Shown here: piece after piece, positions 27,390-37,636 of the stretch
Layout: each line of letters starts with the position of its first letter
Position numbering within the stretch: the first letter of the stretch is position 1
IMG/VR virus record: IMGVR_UViG_3300048008_000449
Location: 124,001 to 188,000 of that record
Direction: 5' to 3' (one strand)
DNA length: 64,000 nucleotides
Notes under the pieces: model-generated
Seen by the model: the letters and a program-made list of their open reading frames with translations, nothing else
Database searches by the model: none
What the model was told of the DNA's origin: nothing
Translations under genes and position numbers: made by a program

Positions 27390-28050
27390 TAACAGTTTCC
27401 TTTTTCCAGAAAGGATCAGTCCAATTCTCTTTTAAGTTTTCTGGTCTACTAACTTTCATAGTATATAACGAGTTATTAATCAAGTCAACATATTTTTCTG
27501 TTGGTTGTCCAGTCCATGGAGCACCTATACATAATGTGACTTTTTCTTCTGTACCTGGCTCAAGTGCATGTGGATGACTACCATCCAATACATATGTAGT
27601 ATAATTTTGTGGAATATAAACTTTATTATCTTTCTTATCTATAAAATACAATTTATCAACATTACCGTTTAACACGATTCTAAATTTATGTTGCAGTGAT
27701 CCTATTTCATCAACCTTACTATCTAAATGTACATTTAATCCATAGTTTGCTGGCGTTCTTAAAATAGTAACTCTGCCAACTGGTTCCATCCATGGAAATA
27801 CTTTTTCTTTTAAAAGTTTTTGTGTAAATGTCCAATTCTGTGCAGGTTTGGTATATGCAAACTCTCCATATCTTGTATTTTTGCCTTCTGCTTGTCCGCC
27901 AAGTTGACCTTCTGCATTAAATACAGGTAGCATCTTGCATCCACGAAATTCGTTATAATGCCAGTAACTATCATCAACTGACATTACTTCATTATACATA
28001 GCTTTTCTATCTTCATCTGTTATATTTAGATCTAAAGCCGTAAACGTCAT
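27382..28050 (-). CDS. 2OG-Fe(II) oxygenase (Asp/Asn beta-hydroxylase-like)
   Basis: GRVTIL...LNVHLD...SHPHAL...KVTLCI. Confidence 0.7.
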   Translation of the reverse strand: MTFTALDLNITDEDRKAMYNEVMSVDDSYWHYNEFRGCKMLPVFNAEGQLGGQAEGKNTRYGEFAYTKPAQNWTFTQKLLKEKVFPWMEPVGRVTILRTPANYGLNVHLDSKVDEIGSLQHKFRIVLNGNVDKLYFIDKKDNKVYIPQNYTTYVLDGSHPHALEPGTEEKVTLCIGAPWTGQPTEKYVDLINNSLYTMKVSRPENLKENWTDPFWKKETVNV

Positions 28051-28505
28051 TTTAATAATTCTTTTATTTGTTTTTTATCTAGCCCGTACTCTTCAAAAAG
28101 ATCTTTCCAATCATCTTTTGTTTTAGTACTAATAAATATCTCTACTTCATCATCATTTAAATGACTATAATTTTCAACTACCCACTTTTGAATCTTATTC
28201 TTTTTCATTGCCTTACCTGGTGGTAGCCATGGATGAAATGTAGTCTTACCTAATCCAACTAATTGCATCAGTTGATACTGCAATTGTGGATGTTTACGTA
28301 ATTTGTTAAAGTGTACATTAACTACTTCATTAGTCCATTCTAAATAATGTTCAGTAAACATCTTGTCTCCACAACTACTAGTATAACGCATAAGTAGCCA
28401 TAAGCCAAGTTTGTTTTTCTCTTCATCAGTTAAACTATCATACCAAGTTCTATCTTTAGTATCAATAGATCTCATCTCTTCTTTGATGTTTAGTTTATTT
28501 GACAA
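28047..28505 (-). CDS. possible clamp-loader small subunit (T4 gp62-like)
   Basis: LLMRYTS..N.VN...LQYQL...KTTFHPWL pattern; replication context. Confidence 0.5.
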   Translation of the reverse strand: MSNKLNIKEEMRSIDTKDRTWYDSLTDEEKNKLGLWLLMRYTSSCGDKMFTEHYLEWTNEVVNVHFNKLRKHPQLQYQLMQLVGLGKTTFHPWLPPGKAMKKNKIQKWVVENYSHLNDDEVEIFISTKTKDDWKDLFEEYGLDKKQIKELLK

Positions 28506-28716
28506 TTATTACTTCCCCTTCAGTTTCTATCCAAACTTTTGCACCACACGGTAATGGTTTATCTGGACTATAAACAACTTTACTATCACCTTTAATATGT
28601 ACTTCATGTGCATAGTCATTGCTCTTAGATGTTTTACATGTTAACACAGGCTCTCTATCACCAGACTTAGCGTTACGTTTAATTATATGCTGATTAACGT
28701 GTATTCTAGTTTTCAT
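28495..28716 (-). CDS. small hypothetical protein
   Basis: Start set to MKTRIHVNQH; YSPDKPLPCGAKVWIET. Confidence 0.75.
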   Translation of the reverse strand: MKTRIHVNQHIIKRNAKSGDREPVLTCKTSKSNDYAHEVHIKGDSKVVYSPDKPLPCGAKVWIETEGEVIIVK

Positions 28717-28720
28717 TGTA

Positions 28721-29221
28721 CTACCAAAGCTCGCTAATGTCAAGTACCTCAGGTAACTTGTTTGATTCTTTTACAAATAATACACAAGGTGCATTTGGTC
28801 CATCATGTAGTGGTACATTTAGTAAATGGCCGAATTTAAGTTTAGGTGCATACCATTTAACATCAGTATAAATGTTAGTAATGCTTACATCCAAGTACTT
28901 AGGTGTAAAACCAGTTACTGGATTAAATGCAAATACACTAAAACCTCTATCATTTAAACTCATTAAACTTAATACTTCTGGATCTCCTACTGTAGGATCG
29001 CAAATTACAACACTCCAATCTAATGGCATAGTAATTTGATATTCACCAATTTTTAATACTGCCGCTGGTGCATAAAAACTTTCCAAGAACACTAATGGGA
29101 TGAAGTAGTAATCAATAAAACCTGGATTACTGTAATCTAAAATACTGTATCTTAAATCATCTATAGTATCTGGTATGTCATCTAGTTCATACGTTTCGTT
29201 TTCAACTGTTAATATTTTCAT
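28721..29221 (-). CDS. hypothetical protein
   Basis: 166-aa beta-rich ORF directly after uvsW; AAGGA RBS. Confidence 0.75.
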   Translation of the reverse strand: MKILTVENETYELDDIPDTIDDLRYSILDYSNPGFIDYYFIPLVFLESFYAPAAVLKIGEYQITMPLDWSVVICDPTVGDPEVLSLMSLNDRGFSVFAFNPVTGFTPKYLDVSITNIYTDVKWYAPKLKFGHLLNVPLHDGPNAPCVLFVKESNKLPEVLDISELW

Positions 29222-29230
29222 TATTTTTCC

Positions 29231-30682
29231 TTATTGCCAATCAACTTTTTCAATGCTGAATGGATAGTTTGCTTCTTTATAAAACTTCTTACGCTCTGTT
29301 AAGTGTTTTTTGCTAAATTTTGCTGTACTGGTGATGTCCCATATTTGAACATTATCTTTATCTTCTGCTTTACGTATTCCACGACCAATACTTTGAATGA
29401 CTCTAACAAAACTCTTTCCAGGTTCTATTAGTACCAGATTAAAAATACGTGGAATGTTAATTCCTACTGCCGCAACTCCATAAGTTGCTACTACAATTTG
29501 ATTAGTTCCTTCATTAATATTATCATACTGATCTTTACGATCTGTAGTTTTCATTTCTCCACTAACAAAGTTAGCTTGTGGAAGATTATCACAAATTAAT
29601 CCACCTGCTTTAATCCTATCTACTAATACAAGTGTATTGCCTGATGCTGATACTTTTTCAATTAATCCACTTACATATTGCATACGATCTTTATCTGTAG
29701 TAAGATAAGTTAATTCGCTTTGATAATTATTATACTCTGCAAATTCTTTCATTTGCACAACGTTAACATGACATTGACTAAGCACATCCATGCCTTGTAG
29801 TTCGCTTGCACTAAGTTTATTAGTTACATCACCTAAGCATGCTTGCAAACTAACTTTCTCATGATCTGCTTTAGGTATAGTACCTGTTAATCCCCAACGT
29901 AGTGGAATGTTTGCAAATTCTTTAGTAAGTAATTCTTTTAACACATCTGCTTTTGCTTGGTGCACCTCATCTACTATTACACATACAACGTCTTCAGCAA
30001 AGTCTGCTAAACTTAGGTCTGATTCACCTTCTCTAAATCTTTTCTTAATACTATTCAAACTTTGCCATGTACAAATAGTATGAGTTTTTCCTAATTCTTT
30101 TTTATCGCCAAAGTAAACACCAACGTCTAATCCTAGATTGTTATAATCATCAAATGTTTGACGTACTAAATCTTTGTTTGGTACAATAACAATTGATCTT
30201 CCATATGTTTCCACACGTTCGCTAAGTGCCGCGGTTATTAATGTTTTACCTGCACCTGTTGCAATTTCTTGTAAACAATGTGGAGTCTCTAAAAACTTAT
30301 TAACAATCTCAATCTGATAATCACGCAATGTTACTGGCTCACCTGCAACCGGATGTTTTTCTGGCCATAATTTATGTTGAAATGTAGTTTTATCAACTGT
30401 TGGAAAATTAAAATCAAACTTATTTCTTAAGTCATCAATATCAATTTCATATCCATTATCCATAATAGTAGGAAGTACTCTATCAAGTAAATTAATATAA
30501 GTAACACCACCTACTGTAAAGTAACTTTGACATCCATCCCATCTACCTAATTTATATGCTGGCACATGGTATGCATATGGTAAAAAGAACTTTAATTCTT
30601 TCTCACATTTACGGCGGGTATTAACATCAAGACCTTCTATCTTGCAGTTAACTTCATCTTTTAAAACAATTTTACATTTCAT
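29231..30682 (-). CDS. uvsW: SF2 DNA helicase UvsW-like
   Basis: LRDYQ, ATGAGKT, DEVH, GLTGT, QSIGRG; start reassigned to MKCKIV. Confidence 0.92.
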   Translation of the reverse strand: MKCKIVLKDEVNCKIEGLDVNTRRKCEKELKFFLPYAYHVPAYKLGRWDGCQSYFTVGGVTYINLLDRVLPTIMDNGYEIDIDDLRNKFDFNFPTVDKTTFQHKLWPEKHPVAGEPVTLRDYQIEIVNKFLETPHCLQEIATGAGKTLITAALSERVETYGRSIVIVPNKDLVRQTFDDYNNLGLDVGVYFGDKKELGKTHTICTWQSLNSIKKRFREGESDLSLADFAEDVVCVIVDEVHQAKADVLKELLTKEFANIPLRWGLTGTIPKADHEKVSLQACLGDVTNKLSASELQGMDVLSQCHVNVVQMKEFAEYNNYQSELTYLTTDKDRMQYVSGLIEKVSASGNTLVLVDRIKAGGLICDNLPQANFVSGEMKTTDRKDQYDNINEGTNQIVVATYGVAAVGINIPRIFNLVLIEPGKSFVRVIQSIGRGIRKAEDKDNVQIWDITSTAKFSKKHLTERKKFYKEANYPFSIEKVDWQ

Positions 30683-30688
30683 ACTAGT

Positions 30689-30717
30689 ATAATACATTAA
30701 CTTAGACAAAAAGTCAA
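30689..30717 (-). promoter_or_regulatory. sigma70 promoter, probably leaderless uvsW mRNA
   Basis: TTGACT-N17-TATTAT-N6-ATG. Confidence 0.7.
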
Positions 30718-30727
30718 GTTAAAGCCT

Positions 30728-31060
30728 TTATAATGTTAAATATTTTAAGAGTAAAAATAGACATATCATAGTTACTATAATAGAAACTATCAATGATAAC
30801 CAGAATCCTTGATGCATAATCAAATACGCAAACACAGGAAAGAATATTAAACTTACTAAAACAAAATAAACAGTTTCTTTTGCTAACTGTGAAAATACCT
30901 CAGGCTGAATTCCGCTATAATGCATAAAGAATATGCTTACAATACTGCTTAGTGGTATTCCTAATATAAGAGCACCAATAGTCGGGTTGCCTCGTTCTGC
31001 GGCAGTTACAACACCTGCTATTACTAGTCCACCTATAACTGCTTTAAGTAAGAATTCCAT
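30728..31060 (-). CDS. 4-TM membrane protein (DUF3147-like)
   Basis: KAVIGGLVIA.V...A.R..P..GALI.GIPL.S. Confidence 0.7.
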   Translation of the reverse strand: MEFLLKAVIGGLVIAGVVTAAERGNPTIGALILGIPLSSIVSIFFMHYSGIQPEVFSQLAKETVYFVLVSLIFFPVFAYLIMHQGFWLSLIVSIIVTMICLFLLLKYLTL

Positions 31061-31078
31061 AATATTATTTATGTCATA

Positions 31079-31101
31079 AAAAAAGCCCCGAAGGGCTTTT
31101 T
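31079..31101 (-). terminator. intrinsic terminator
   Basis: AAAAGCCC-cgaa-GGGCTTTT hairpin flanked by A/T tracts. Confidence 0.85.
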
Positions 31102-31114
31102 CTAAAATTTATTT

Positions 31115-31981
31115 TTATGCTCTTCGCATACATGTAACTTCTGCAGTACGTTTCCACTTATCAGCACCAAAGCTCTTTTTAAGATCTGCAAGTTTAGTTA
31201 CCATTCTCAAACTAACTTCTCGCATTTTTTCTTTGTTAGAACACATGAAGTCCATTAAGTCATCTTGCTCTTCTGTTGTAAACTGATATTCATTAAGCAT
31301 ACCATCTGCAACAATCTGCTTACAACGTAGAACTTTTTCTCGCATTGTATCCATTGTAAGATCTAAGTAATGACATCTTGACATAATAGCCGCTAAGTGA
31401 TCAGCAATTTTACCACGCACATTATCAAACTTAAGGTTAGTAATAAAGATAACACTACCTTGGAATTCAAAAGTATCTGGAATACCTTCACGTCTTAGTA
31501 ATGCACTATCTGTATTCCAACTTAGTTTACGTTTCTTACATGAATCAAGTGCCGCTTTAAGCAAGTTAAGACTTGTCTCATCATACAATACTGTATCACA
31601 ATCGTCTAACACAAGAACACTATTTTTGTCTGCGTTATTGTAAAGTACTTTGTACAAACCAATTGCACTAGAAGCACCTTTAATAACTTCATAACGTAAT
31701 TTGTTACCTGCAATAGCATCAAACAAATTATTCTTTTCTAGAACTTGTTCAACACCAAAACTTTTACCAACACCTGGAGGGCCTGTTACAACCATACCAC
31801 GTACAACACCATCGATAGATGCTTGTGTCATATCGTCTAAGATGCTAAAACGCTCTCGCATACGTTCTATGATCATCTCATCTGTTTCTTTTGGATTGTC
31901 CTTTGCCTTACTTGGTAGGACCTCAATAATAGTCTCGCCTTTAGTGTTTTTACGAGCTTGTTTTAGTTGCATATTAGCCAT
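31115..31981 (-). CDS. AAA+-type ATPase
   Basis: GPPGVGKS, VLVLDDCD, IFITN, SRC. Confidence 0.85.
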   Translation of the reverse strand: MANMQLKQARKNTKGETIIEVLPSKAKDNPKETDEMIIERMRERFSILDDMTQASIDGVVRGMVVTGPPGVGKSFGVEQVLEKNNLFDAIAGNKLRYEVIKGASSAIGLYKVLYNNADKNSVLVLDDCDTVLYDETSLNLLKAALDSCKKRKLSWNTDSALLRREGIPDTFEFQGSVIFITNLKFDNVRGKIADHLAAIMSRCHYLDLTMDTMREKVLRCKQIVADGMLNEYQFTTEEQDDLMDFMCSNKEKMREVSLRMVTKLADLKKSFGADKWKRTAEVTCMRRA

Positions 31982-32000
31982 TTATAACTCCTGTTTTTTA

Positions 32001-32045
32001 TTAACTATACTTACAGTATACAGTAAGACTTCTTGCTTGTCAACC
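32001..32045 (-). promoter_or_regulatory. early promoter cassette, copy 1
   Basis: GGTTGACA-AGCAAGAAGTCTTACTG-TATACT-GTAAGTATAGTTAA. Confidence 0.85.
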
Positions 32046-32140
32046 TATATACGTCAACTTTTTTAATTTTTTTTTGGTTTGTTTATTCATAGAATTGGGC
32101 CCAATATAAAAAGGGCCCAATAATGTATATTTTGTGCTAA

Positions 32141-32401
32141 CTACGCCGCTACTCTTTTTTTAGCGATTGTGTACTCTACTGCTGGTCTGCCTTGCATGCC
32201 AGATTCGATCGCTGTAGCTTTGATGTTAAAGCCTTCAGCTCTTAATTCTGAAAGTCTTGCACCTGGAGATGCGATGTCTAATTTATCTCTTAGAACATCC
32301 ATAGTAAACGTTTTACCAGTTCCCCAAAATTTAGCTAGGATTTGTTGATTCTGTGTTCCTTCTTTAAAGAACTTAGTTCCTACTGCTTTTGCTTTTCTCA
32401 T
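32141..32401 (-). CDS. winged helix-turn-helix protein
   Basis: FTMDVLRDKLDIASPGARLSELRAEGFNI...Y. Confidence 0.75.
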   Translation of the reverse strand: MRKAKAVGTKFFKEGTQNQQILAKFWGTGKTFTMDVLRDKLDIASPGARLSELRAEGFNIKATAIESGMQGRPAVEYTIAKKRVAA

Positions 32402-32489
32402 AATATAACTCCTTTTTTTATTATTGTTATTAGTTATTATTAAGTATAATATATATGAGTTTTGCTATTTGTCAACCTTTAAAAAACCC

Positions 32490-33194
32490 TTATATTTCAA
32501 GGATTTTAACCCGGTTAACCATAGTTTCTTTAGCATTTGTGTACTTTGATAGCTCATGTTTGTTAACAGTAGCCCTAATTTTAATGTTTCTACCGTTTAT
32601 AATGCTACTAATATCTGGCTGATCTCTCCACCAAAACTTAATTAAGTCTTTTTTAGCATATACAGTAGTAATCATGTAAATATTGCTAGTTTGTATGAAT
32701 TTAACATCCATTACTTCTACTGATAAATCGTAACGTTTACCTCTATCTCCAAAGTACTGGCTACTATGCTTTAGCGAAGATAACTTATCTTCAACTTCTT
32801 CACGTTTTTTGTCAATATTTACACTATGTGGTAAACTAGCTATAATACTAACAGTAAATTTGTTAACATTTGCTTCAGATAGAGATTTAACAACGTTAGC
32901 CTCAAAACTATTAAGGTTGTTAGTCATTTTCTTAATCATAAGTTTACCATTAATAACAGTAATCAAATCATTAGCTTTTGTAATTTGTTCTTCTGTAAAA
33001 TTCATTTTAGGATTTTCAATAATATCAACAATACATGATTTATTATCTTCAATTATGACTGGATTTTCAGGATCTGAGTGATCTGTATATCCTTGTCCAC
33101 TTTTAATAAAACCCTGTGTTTCATGAACTTGTATAGCCGCGGCCATAACATCCACAACTGTAATACTTGGCCAAGGTGTTCTATTCTTAGACAT
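32490..33194 (-). CDS. hypothetical protein with probable C-terminal OB fold
   Basis: IKIRATVNKH...ETMVNRVKI. Confidence 0.7.
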   Translation of the reverse strand: MSKNRTPWPSITVVDVMAAAIQVHETQGFIKSGQGYTDHSDPENPVIIEDNKSCIVDIIENPKMNFTEEQITKANDLITVINGKLMIKKMTNNLNSFEANVVKSLSEANVNKFTVSIIASLPHSVNIDKKREEVEDKLSSLKHSSQYFGDRGKRYDLSVEVMDVKFIQTSNIYMITTVYAKKDLIKFWWRDQPDISSIINGRNIKIRATVNKHELSKYTNAKETMVNRVKILEI

Positions 33195-33210
33195 AATTGT
33201 TACTCCATTT

Positions 33211-33256
33211 AATTAATATACTTACAGTATACGGCAAGAAGTCTTACTTGTCAACC
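33211..33256 (-). promoter_or_regulatory. early promoter cassette, copy 2
   Basis: GGTTGACA-AGTAAGACTTCTTGCCG-TATACT-GTAAGTATATTAA. Confidence 0.85.
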
Positions 33257-33258
33257 TT

Positions 33259-33717
33259 TTAAAGTGAAATGTCTTCTAATCCTGCCGCTCTAAGTTTTAC
33301 TACATTATTAATCTGAAACTGTTTAGCTTCTAATGCTTTAATCACGCCAATATACCTATTTCTAACCAAACTAAAGTCATTAATCAGATATTGTAAATCT
33401 ACTACATTTTGTTCACCGTCAACATACTTGTCTGCATCACGTGAACTAAGTGCTTTATTGTAGTTTTCTAAAAACTTACGAAATGTTTGGGATCGTAATT
33501 TACGCATCTCAGTATTTAAAAACTCTAGTATAGCTTCAACTTCTTGTAATTGGTTAAATCTATGTTCTACAATTCCTGGCATATCTCTACTTTGCTTTTC
33601 GAGGTTACCTTTCATACTGCATTCGAATCTTGCTTGATCAATTTCTTTTTCAAAGTGAGAGATAGCTGAAACTATCTCTCCAAGATTTGCGGTTACTTTA
33701 CGATACCATACACTCAT
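33259..33717 (-). CDS. uvsY: recombination mediator UvsY-like
   Basis: Helical; DADKYVDGE...KQFQINNVVKLR; downstream of uvsX. Confidence 0.75.
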   Translation of the reverse strand: MSVWYRKVTANLGEIVSAISHFEKEIDQARFECSMKGNLEKQSRDMPGIVEHRFNQLQEVEAILEFLNTEMRKLRSQTFRKFLENYNKALSSRDADKYVDGEQNVVDLQYLINDFSLVRNRYIGVIKALEAKQFQINNVVKLRAAGLEDISL

Positions 33718-33986
33718 TAGTAATCTTCATCCTCGTCGTCTTCATTATAGTCGCCGAAAATATCTTCATCTTCTTCTTCGAGCTCTAGATACTCATCAAT
33801 TGCATCACTAAGGTATTCGCAATGATCAGCTATCTCTTTTACTGCTGGTTTAATATCAAATCCATGATCAACTAGAGCCGCAATTACTTTACTTGCAAAT
33901 TCAGGTTTATCTTTATCATTAATTAAAACAGTTGCTTCATCGTAAATATTAAAAACAAACTCAAAATCTCCATCAGTTAGATTCAT
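33717..33986 (-). CDS. small acidic hypothetical protein
   Basis: Very acidic C-terminus; between uvsX and uvsY. Confidence 0.7.
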   Translation of the reverse strand: MNLTDGDFEFVFNIYDEATVLINDKDKPEFASKVIAALVDHGFDIKPAVKEIADHCEYLSDAIDEYLELEEEDEDIFGDYNEDDEDEDY

Positions 33987-35082
33987 TAACAGCCTCCGGT
34001 GTTGTTATAGTTTCATTATTAGCCATATCTTCTTCTGCCGCATCAGCAATTTCATTGTTGTATTCATTCATTACAACATCCAATGCACCGTCTTTGTTTG
34101 CATTCCAAGGTTTACGGAACATTTTAATTACTTCGCCTGTTGTTGGGCTAGTGTATTCTAAACTGTTTCCACTTTTCTTTAGCAAACCTTTTGCTTCAAA
34201 GAATTCAGTTAAGCCACTGTATGGACTCATACCTGTTTCATATGGGATTTCTACTTGCACACTTTCAAAGGGCTTAGAATATCTTGTTTTCATTACTTTA
34301 CAAGCCGCTCTAATACCAAATACTTGTGATGTTTTATTACCATCTGCATCAACTTTTAATTTAAGTTTACGCATTGCAATAACAATACTACTTGCATAGA
34401 TAAAGCCTTGTCCACCTGAGATCTTATCATCTGGATCAAACATATCTTGCGATGCATATGTATGGTTAGTTGCTAGTAATCCTACATTATATTCACCAAA
34501 CATGTTAACTGTGTTACGTACTAATGATGTTAGTGCTTTAGGCTTACGACCCATGTCACCTTTCATGTCACCTTTTTGAAACTGATCTACATCAGTAGGT
34601 GTTAGTAGCATACCCAATGAATCTACTACAAATAATACTTTAGGACGCTCATCTGGTTCTTTTTCAGCATATTCTGCTTTGTAGTCTTTCATGAAATCAC
34701 TAATAGTTCTAGCAACGTCATCAATCATTGACATGTTTAGTTTAAGTAGTTTTTCTGGTGTTGTGTCTACATCTAATGCATGTAGCCAACTTTCATCTAG
34801 TGCATTTTCACTATCAATAAGGATAACAAAAATACCTTGATCTTGTGCCGCTTTAACTACGTTACCTGCGGCAATGTAACTTTTACCTGCACCGGACTCT
34901 CCGGCTAGTACTGTTACTTTACCTAGTGGAATTCCTTTATTGAAATCATCACTAATTAGTTTATTTAATGTGTAATTTCCTGTACTAATCCATGTATCAG
35001 GGTCGTTGAATCCAACACTTAAACCTGGTACACTTTTTGTAATACTTTTACGGAATTTACTTACGTCAAATGGTCTTGCCAT
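33973..35082 (-). CDS. uvsX: RecA-like recombinase UvsX
   Basis: WISTG, AGESGAGKS, IDSENALD, VVDSLG, ISGG.G..YASS. Confidence 0.93.
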   Translation of the reverse strand: MARPFDVSKFRKSITKSVPGLSVGFNDPDTWISTGNYTLNKLISDDFNKGIPLGKVTVLAGESGAGKSYIAAGNVVKAAQDQGIFVILIDSENALDESWLHALDVDTTPEKLLKLNMSMIDDVARTISDFMKDYKAEYAEKEPDERPKVLFVVDSLGMLLTPTDVDQFQKGDMKGDMGRKPKALTSLVRNTVNMFGEYNVGLLATNHTYASQDMFDPDDKISGGQGFIYASSIVIAMRKLKLKVDADGNKTSQVFGIRAACKVMKTRYSKPFESVQVEIPYETGMSPYSGLTEFFEAKGLLKKSGNSLEYTSPTTGEVIKMFRKPWNANKDGALDVVMNEYNNEIADAAEEDMANNETITTPEAVNESN

Positions 35083-35145
35083 AATGTTTTTTCTCCTCTG
35101 TTATAAGTGAGGGCACTAAGGACACCCTCACTCAATTTATATTAC

Positions 35146-36159
35146 TTATTGTTTACGGTTTCTAATTGCCGCTAAAATGTCCTGAGCACTCGGTGCATCA
35201 CCTGCAGGTGCGCCGGCTGTTGCCATTTCTGGTTCCGCTGGTGCTTGTGCTACTGGTTCCGCTACTGTCTCAGTTACAACTGCCGCTTCAGCCACTGGTG
35301 CCGCTGGTGCTGGCGCCGGAGTTGGTGCAGGTGTAGGAGCAGGAGCTGGTGTTGCGCCTGTTGCTGGTGCATCTACGCCATATGGACGATAGTATTGACC
35401 AAAACGTGCAGGATCATATAATTGACCATCAACACTTGCTTCAAACATTTCAAAGATTGCGTTCAATGCTTCTGCATCTGGTTTCTTAGGCAAGAAGTCA
35501 TTTAGATTAAACAAGCCATGTGTTGCAATTGCATCACGCTCTGCTTGATCTAATCCACGTTCTCTACGAGCCCAATTTGATGTAGAATAATCTGCATACT
35601 GACCTTTTGTAGATTTTACAATCTTAAAGTCTGTACCAGCTTCATAATCAGTAGGAATCTCTTGAAACTCAGGATCCATAAGTGCTGAACTAATGATTTT
35701 ATAAATTTGAGGTGAAATTACAAAACGTCTGATAGGATTCTCAGGTACTGAGTCTTCCTGCATTTCGCTTTGTGCTACAAATCCTTGAAAAATGTATGAA
35801 CGTTTTTTCCAATACTTACGTCCCATATCTTCCATAGTAGGATCTTTAAACCAAGGACGAATTTCAGCATGTACTGGGCATTGCTCTCCCCACATTTCCA
35901 CACATGGAACTTGTACTGTTACTGGTTTGTTTTCGTCTTGACCTTTTACTCCTGGAAATTGAAGACGGATCATTTGACGCTCTTTCCAAAAGAACGTATT
36001 GTTCTCGTCTGCGTCTGGTAAGAATCGTAATGTTGCTGATGTGCCTTCTGGAATATTCCAGTGTGCGAAGATGGCGTTGTCGCCTCCTTGACTGCTAGAG
36101 CTTGAGCCCTTTGTTTCTTGTGCCTGCAGTTTTGCACGGATTTCTGCTAAAGATGCCAT
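35146..36159 (-). CDS. single-stranded DNA-binding protein (T4 gp32-like)
   Basis: LRFLPD, C....GEQCPV, YWKKR, GTDFKI.K...YADYSTS.W; Pro/Ala tail. Confidence 0.88.
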   Translation of the reverse strand: MASLAEIRAKLQAQETKGSSSSSQGGDNAIFAHWNIPEGTSATLRFLPDADENNTFFWKERQMIRLQFPGVKGQDENKPVTVQVPCVEMWGEQCPVHAEIRPWFKDPTMEDMGRKYWKKRSYIFQGFVAQSEMQEDSVPENPIRRFVISPQIYKIISSALMDPEFQEIPTDYEAGTDFKIVKSTKGQYADYSTSNWARRERGLDQAERDAIATHGLFNLNDFLPKKPDAEALNAIFEMFEASVDGQLYDPARFGQYYRPYGVDAPATGATPAPAPTPAPTPAPAPAAPVAEAAVVTETVAEPVAQAPAEPEMATAGAPAGDAPSAQDILAAIRNRKQ

Positions 36160-36270
36160 AATAATTTTCTCCTATATTAGCCTTTATTAGTAGTAGAACA
36201 TAAGCTCTACTTTGTGTTAACAACTAACCTCTCGTTAGTTATTTTTGTTTTTGCCTTTGTTAGCCTTTAC

Positions 36271-36299
36271 AGTATACATTTTATAGTACTTACTGTCAA
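36271..36299 (-). promoter_or_regulatory. sigma70 promoter of the gp32-like gene
   Basis: TTGACA-N17-TATACT followed by an ~105-nt leader. Confidence 0.85.
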
Positions 36300-36317
36300 G
36301 TACTTTTTACCGAAAAA

Positions 36318-37598
36318 TTATGAAATTTTTCTACGTAAATCATTTACAACTGATTCAGCAATATTTTCTACTGGTTCAGATTGTTTTGCTGGCATTTTAT
36401 TGTTCTTATCTAAATAAGTTACAATTTTTGCCAATAACATAACAGTCTTTTGTGGCATGTTATGTAATTCTGTTCCTAAGTGACTTAGCAAGTTAAATGC
36501 TTCGTCGTTCTTGCTAGACATAGCAAGATAAGATAGCATGCTACTTAATTTTGCCATAGCTCCCATTCCACCTGAATATTTAATTGGATCTTCGTTATCT
36601 GGGTGTTCTGGATCGTTAGGGTCAATATTAAGTTTAAAATCTTCTTTATTTTTGATCATATCATACAGTCTGCTAAGATGTTCTTTTGTTAGATCTGTCA
36701 TACTATCTCTCTCCTTCACAATACGTGCTACGGTTTCTAATACTGCTTCCATATTTGCAGTTTCGAATGTATTGTACATGAATTTTTCAGTAATGTCAAC
36801 CTCTTTATCTGAATTTTCTACAATCTTAGTAGAAGAACCCTGAAAGTTGTTATAACCTCTAGAGGTTTGAAGACTGTGTACTGTTTGTTTTAATTCTTTT
36901 AATTTTAATTTAACGGTTTCAACAATATCAATGTTTCCTTCGTTAACTAATTTATTCGTACGTACATGACGTACAAATTGATTGCATTCTGCTACTTCTT
37001 TGCAGATACCTAAAATGGACTCACCTATTGTGTCATAAGGATTCCCGCCCATACTTACATGTTTAGCCATTGCCTTAGCACCAGCTAAATATTTGTGTGG
37101 AAAGCTAAATCTTTCACCTGCAGAGTTCTCAATAAAGAGTGCTTTGATATTACGTGATCTGCTTCCACGTACTTCTTCATTAACACCTTTTGAATGTTTA
37201 ATGATGAGTCTAGTTGACTCTGGTAATTGTATATAACTTGTTTTTAAACTTCCTGTTGCACGTGAATAGCCTTCTTTAACTGTTTCACTTGCGAAGTCTT
37301 TTGGTGCTATATTTTTATCAAATTTTCTTATTGTATATTCTGCCATAGCGTTATGTCCTGCTTTCTTAATACTATCTAAAAGATCTTTGTGCTTATCAAA
37401 ACTAAAATCTGCTCCTGCTTGTACAACAACTTCCACGTCATCATTTTCTGTTCTTATAGTGACTAGAAAATCTTGATCGTAAGCGTAAAATCTCGCTGAC
37501 TGATCTGCGTCTAAAGTTTTGTTACCTTCAAAATCAAACAAACGTAACTTAATATTTGCTCCTTTGATAATGTTAAAAATTTCTGTTGATAATTGCAT
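36318..37598 (-). CDS. hypothetical protein, likely virion/head associated
   Basis: 426 aa; ATAAATA at 37620; follows terminase. Confidence 0.65.
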   Translation of the reverse strand: MQLSTEIFNIIKGANIKLRLFDFEGNKTLDADQSARFYAYDQDFLVTIRTENDDVEVVVQAGADFSFDKHKDLLDSIKKAGHNAMAEYTIRKFDKNIAPKDFASETVKEGYSRATGSLKTSYIQLPESTRLIIKHSKGVNEEVRGSRSRNIKALFIENSAGERFSFPHKYLAGAKAMAKHVSMGGNPYDTIGESILGICKEVAECNQFVRHVRTNKLVNEGNIDIVETVKLKLKELKQTVHSLQTSRGYNNFQGSSTKIVENSDKEVDITEKFMYNTFETANMEAVLETVARIVKERDSMTDLTKEHLSRLYDMIKNKEDFKLNIDPNDPEHPDNEDPIKYSGGMGAMAKLSSMLSYLAMSSKNDEAFNLLSHLGTELHNMPQKTVMLLAKIVTYLDKNNKMPAKQSEPVENIAESVVNDLRRKIS

Positions 37599-37636
37599 CT
37601 TTATAGTATTCCTTTAATGTATTTATCAAATAAGTG

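Noticed and set aside
35200-35370. GC-rich repetitive stretch
   Set aside because: Explained by the Pro/Ala linker codons of the gp32-like protein
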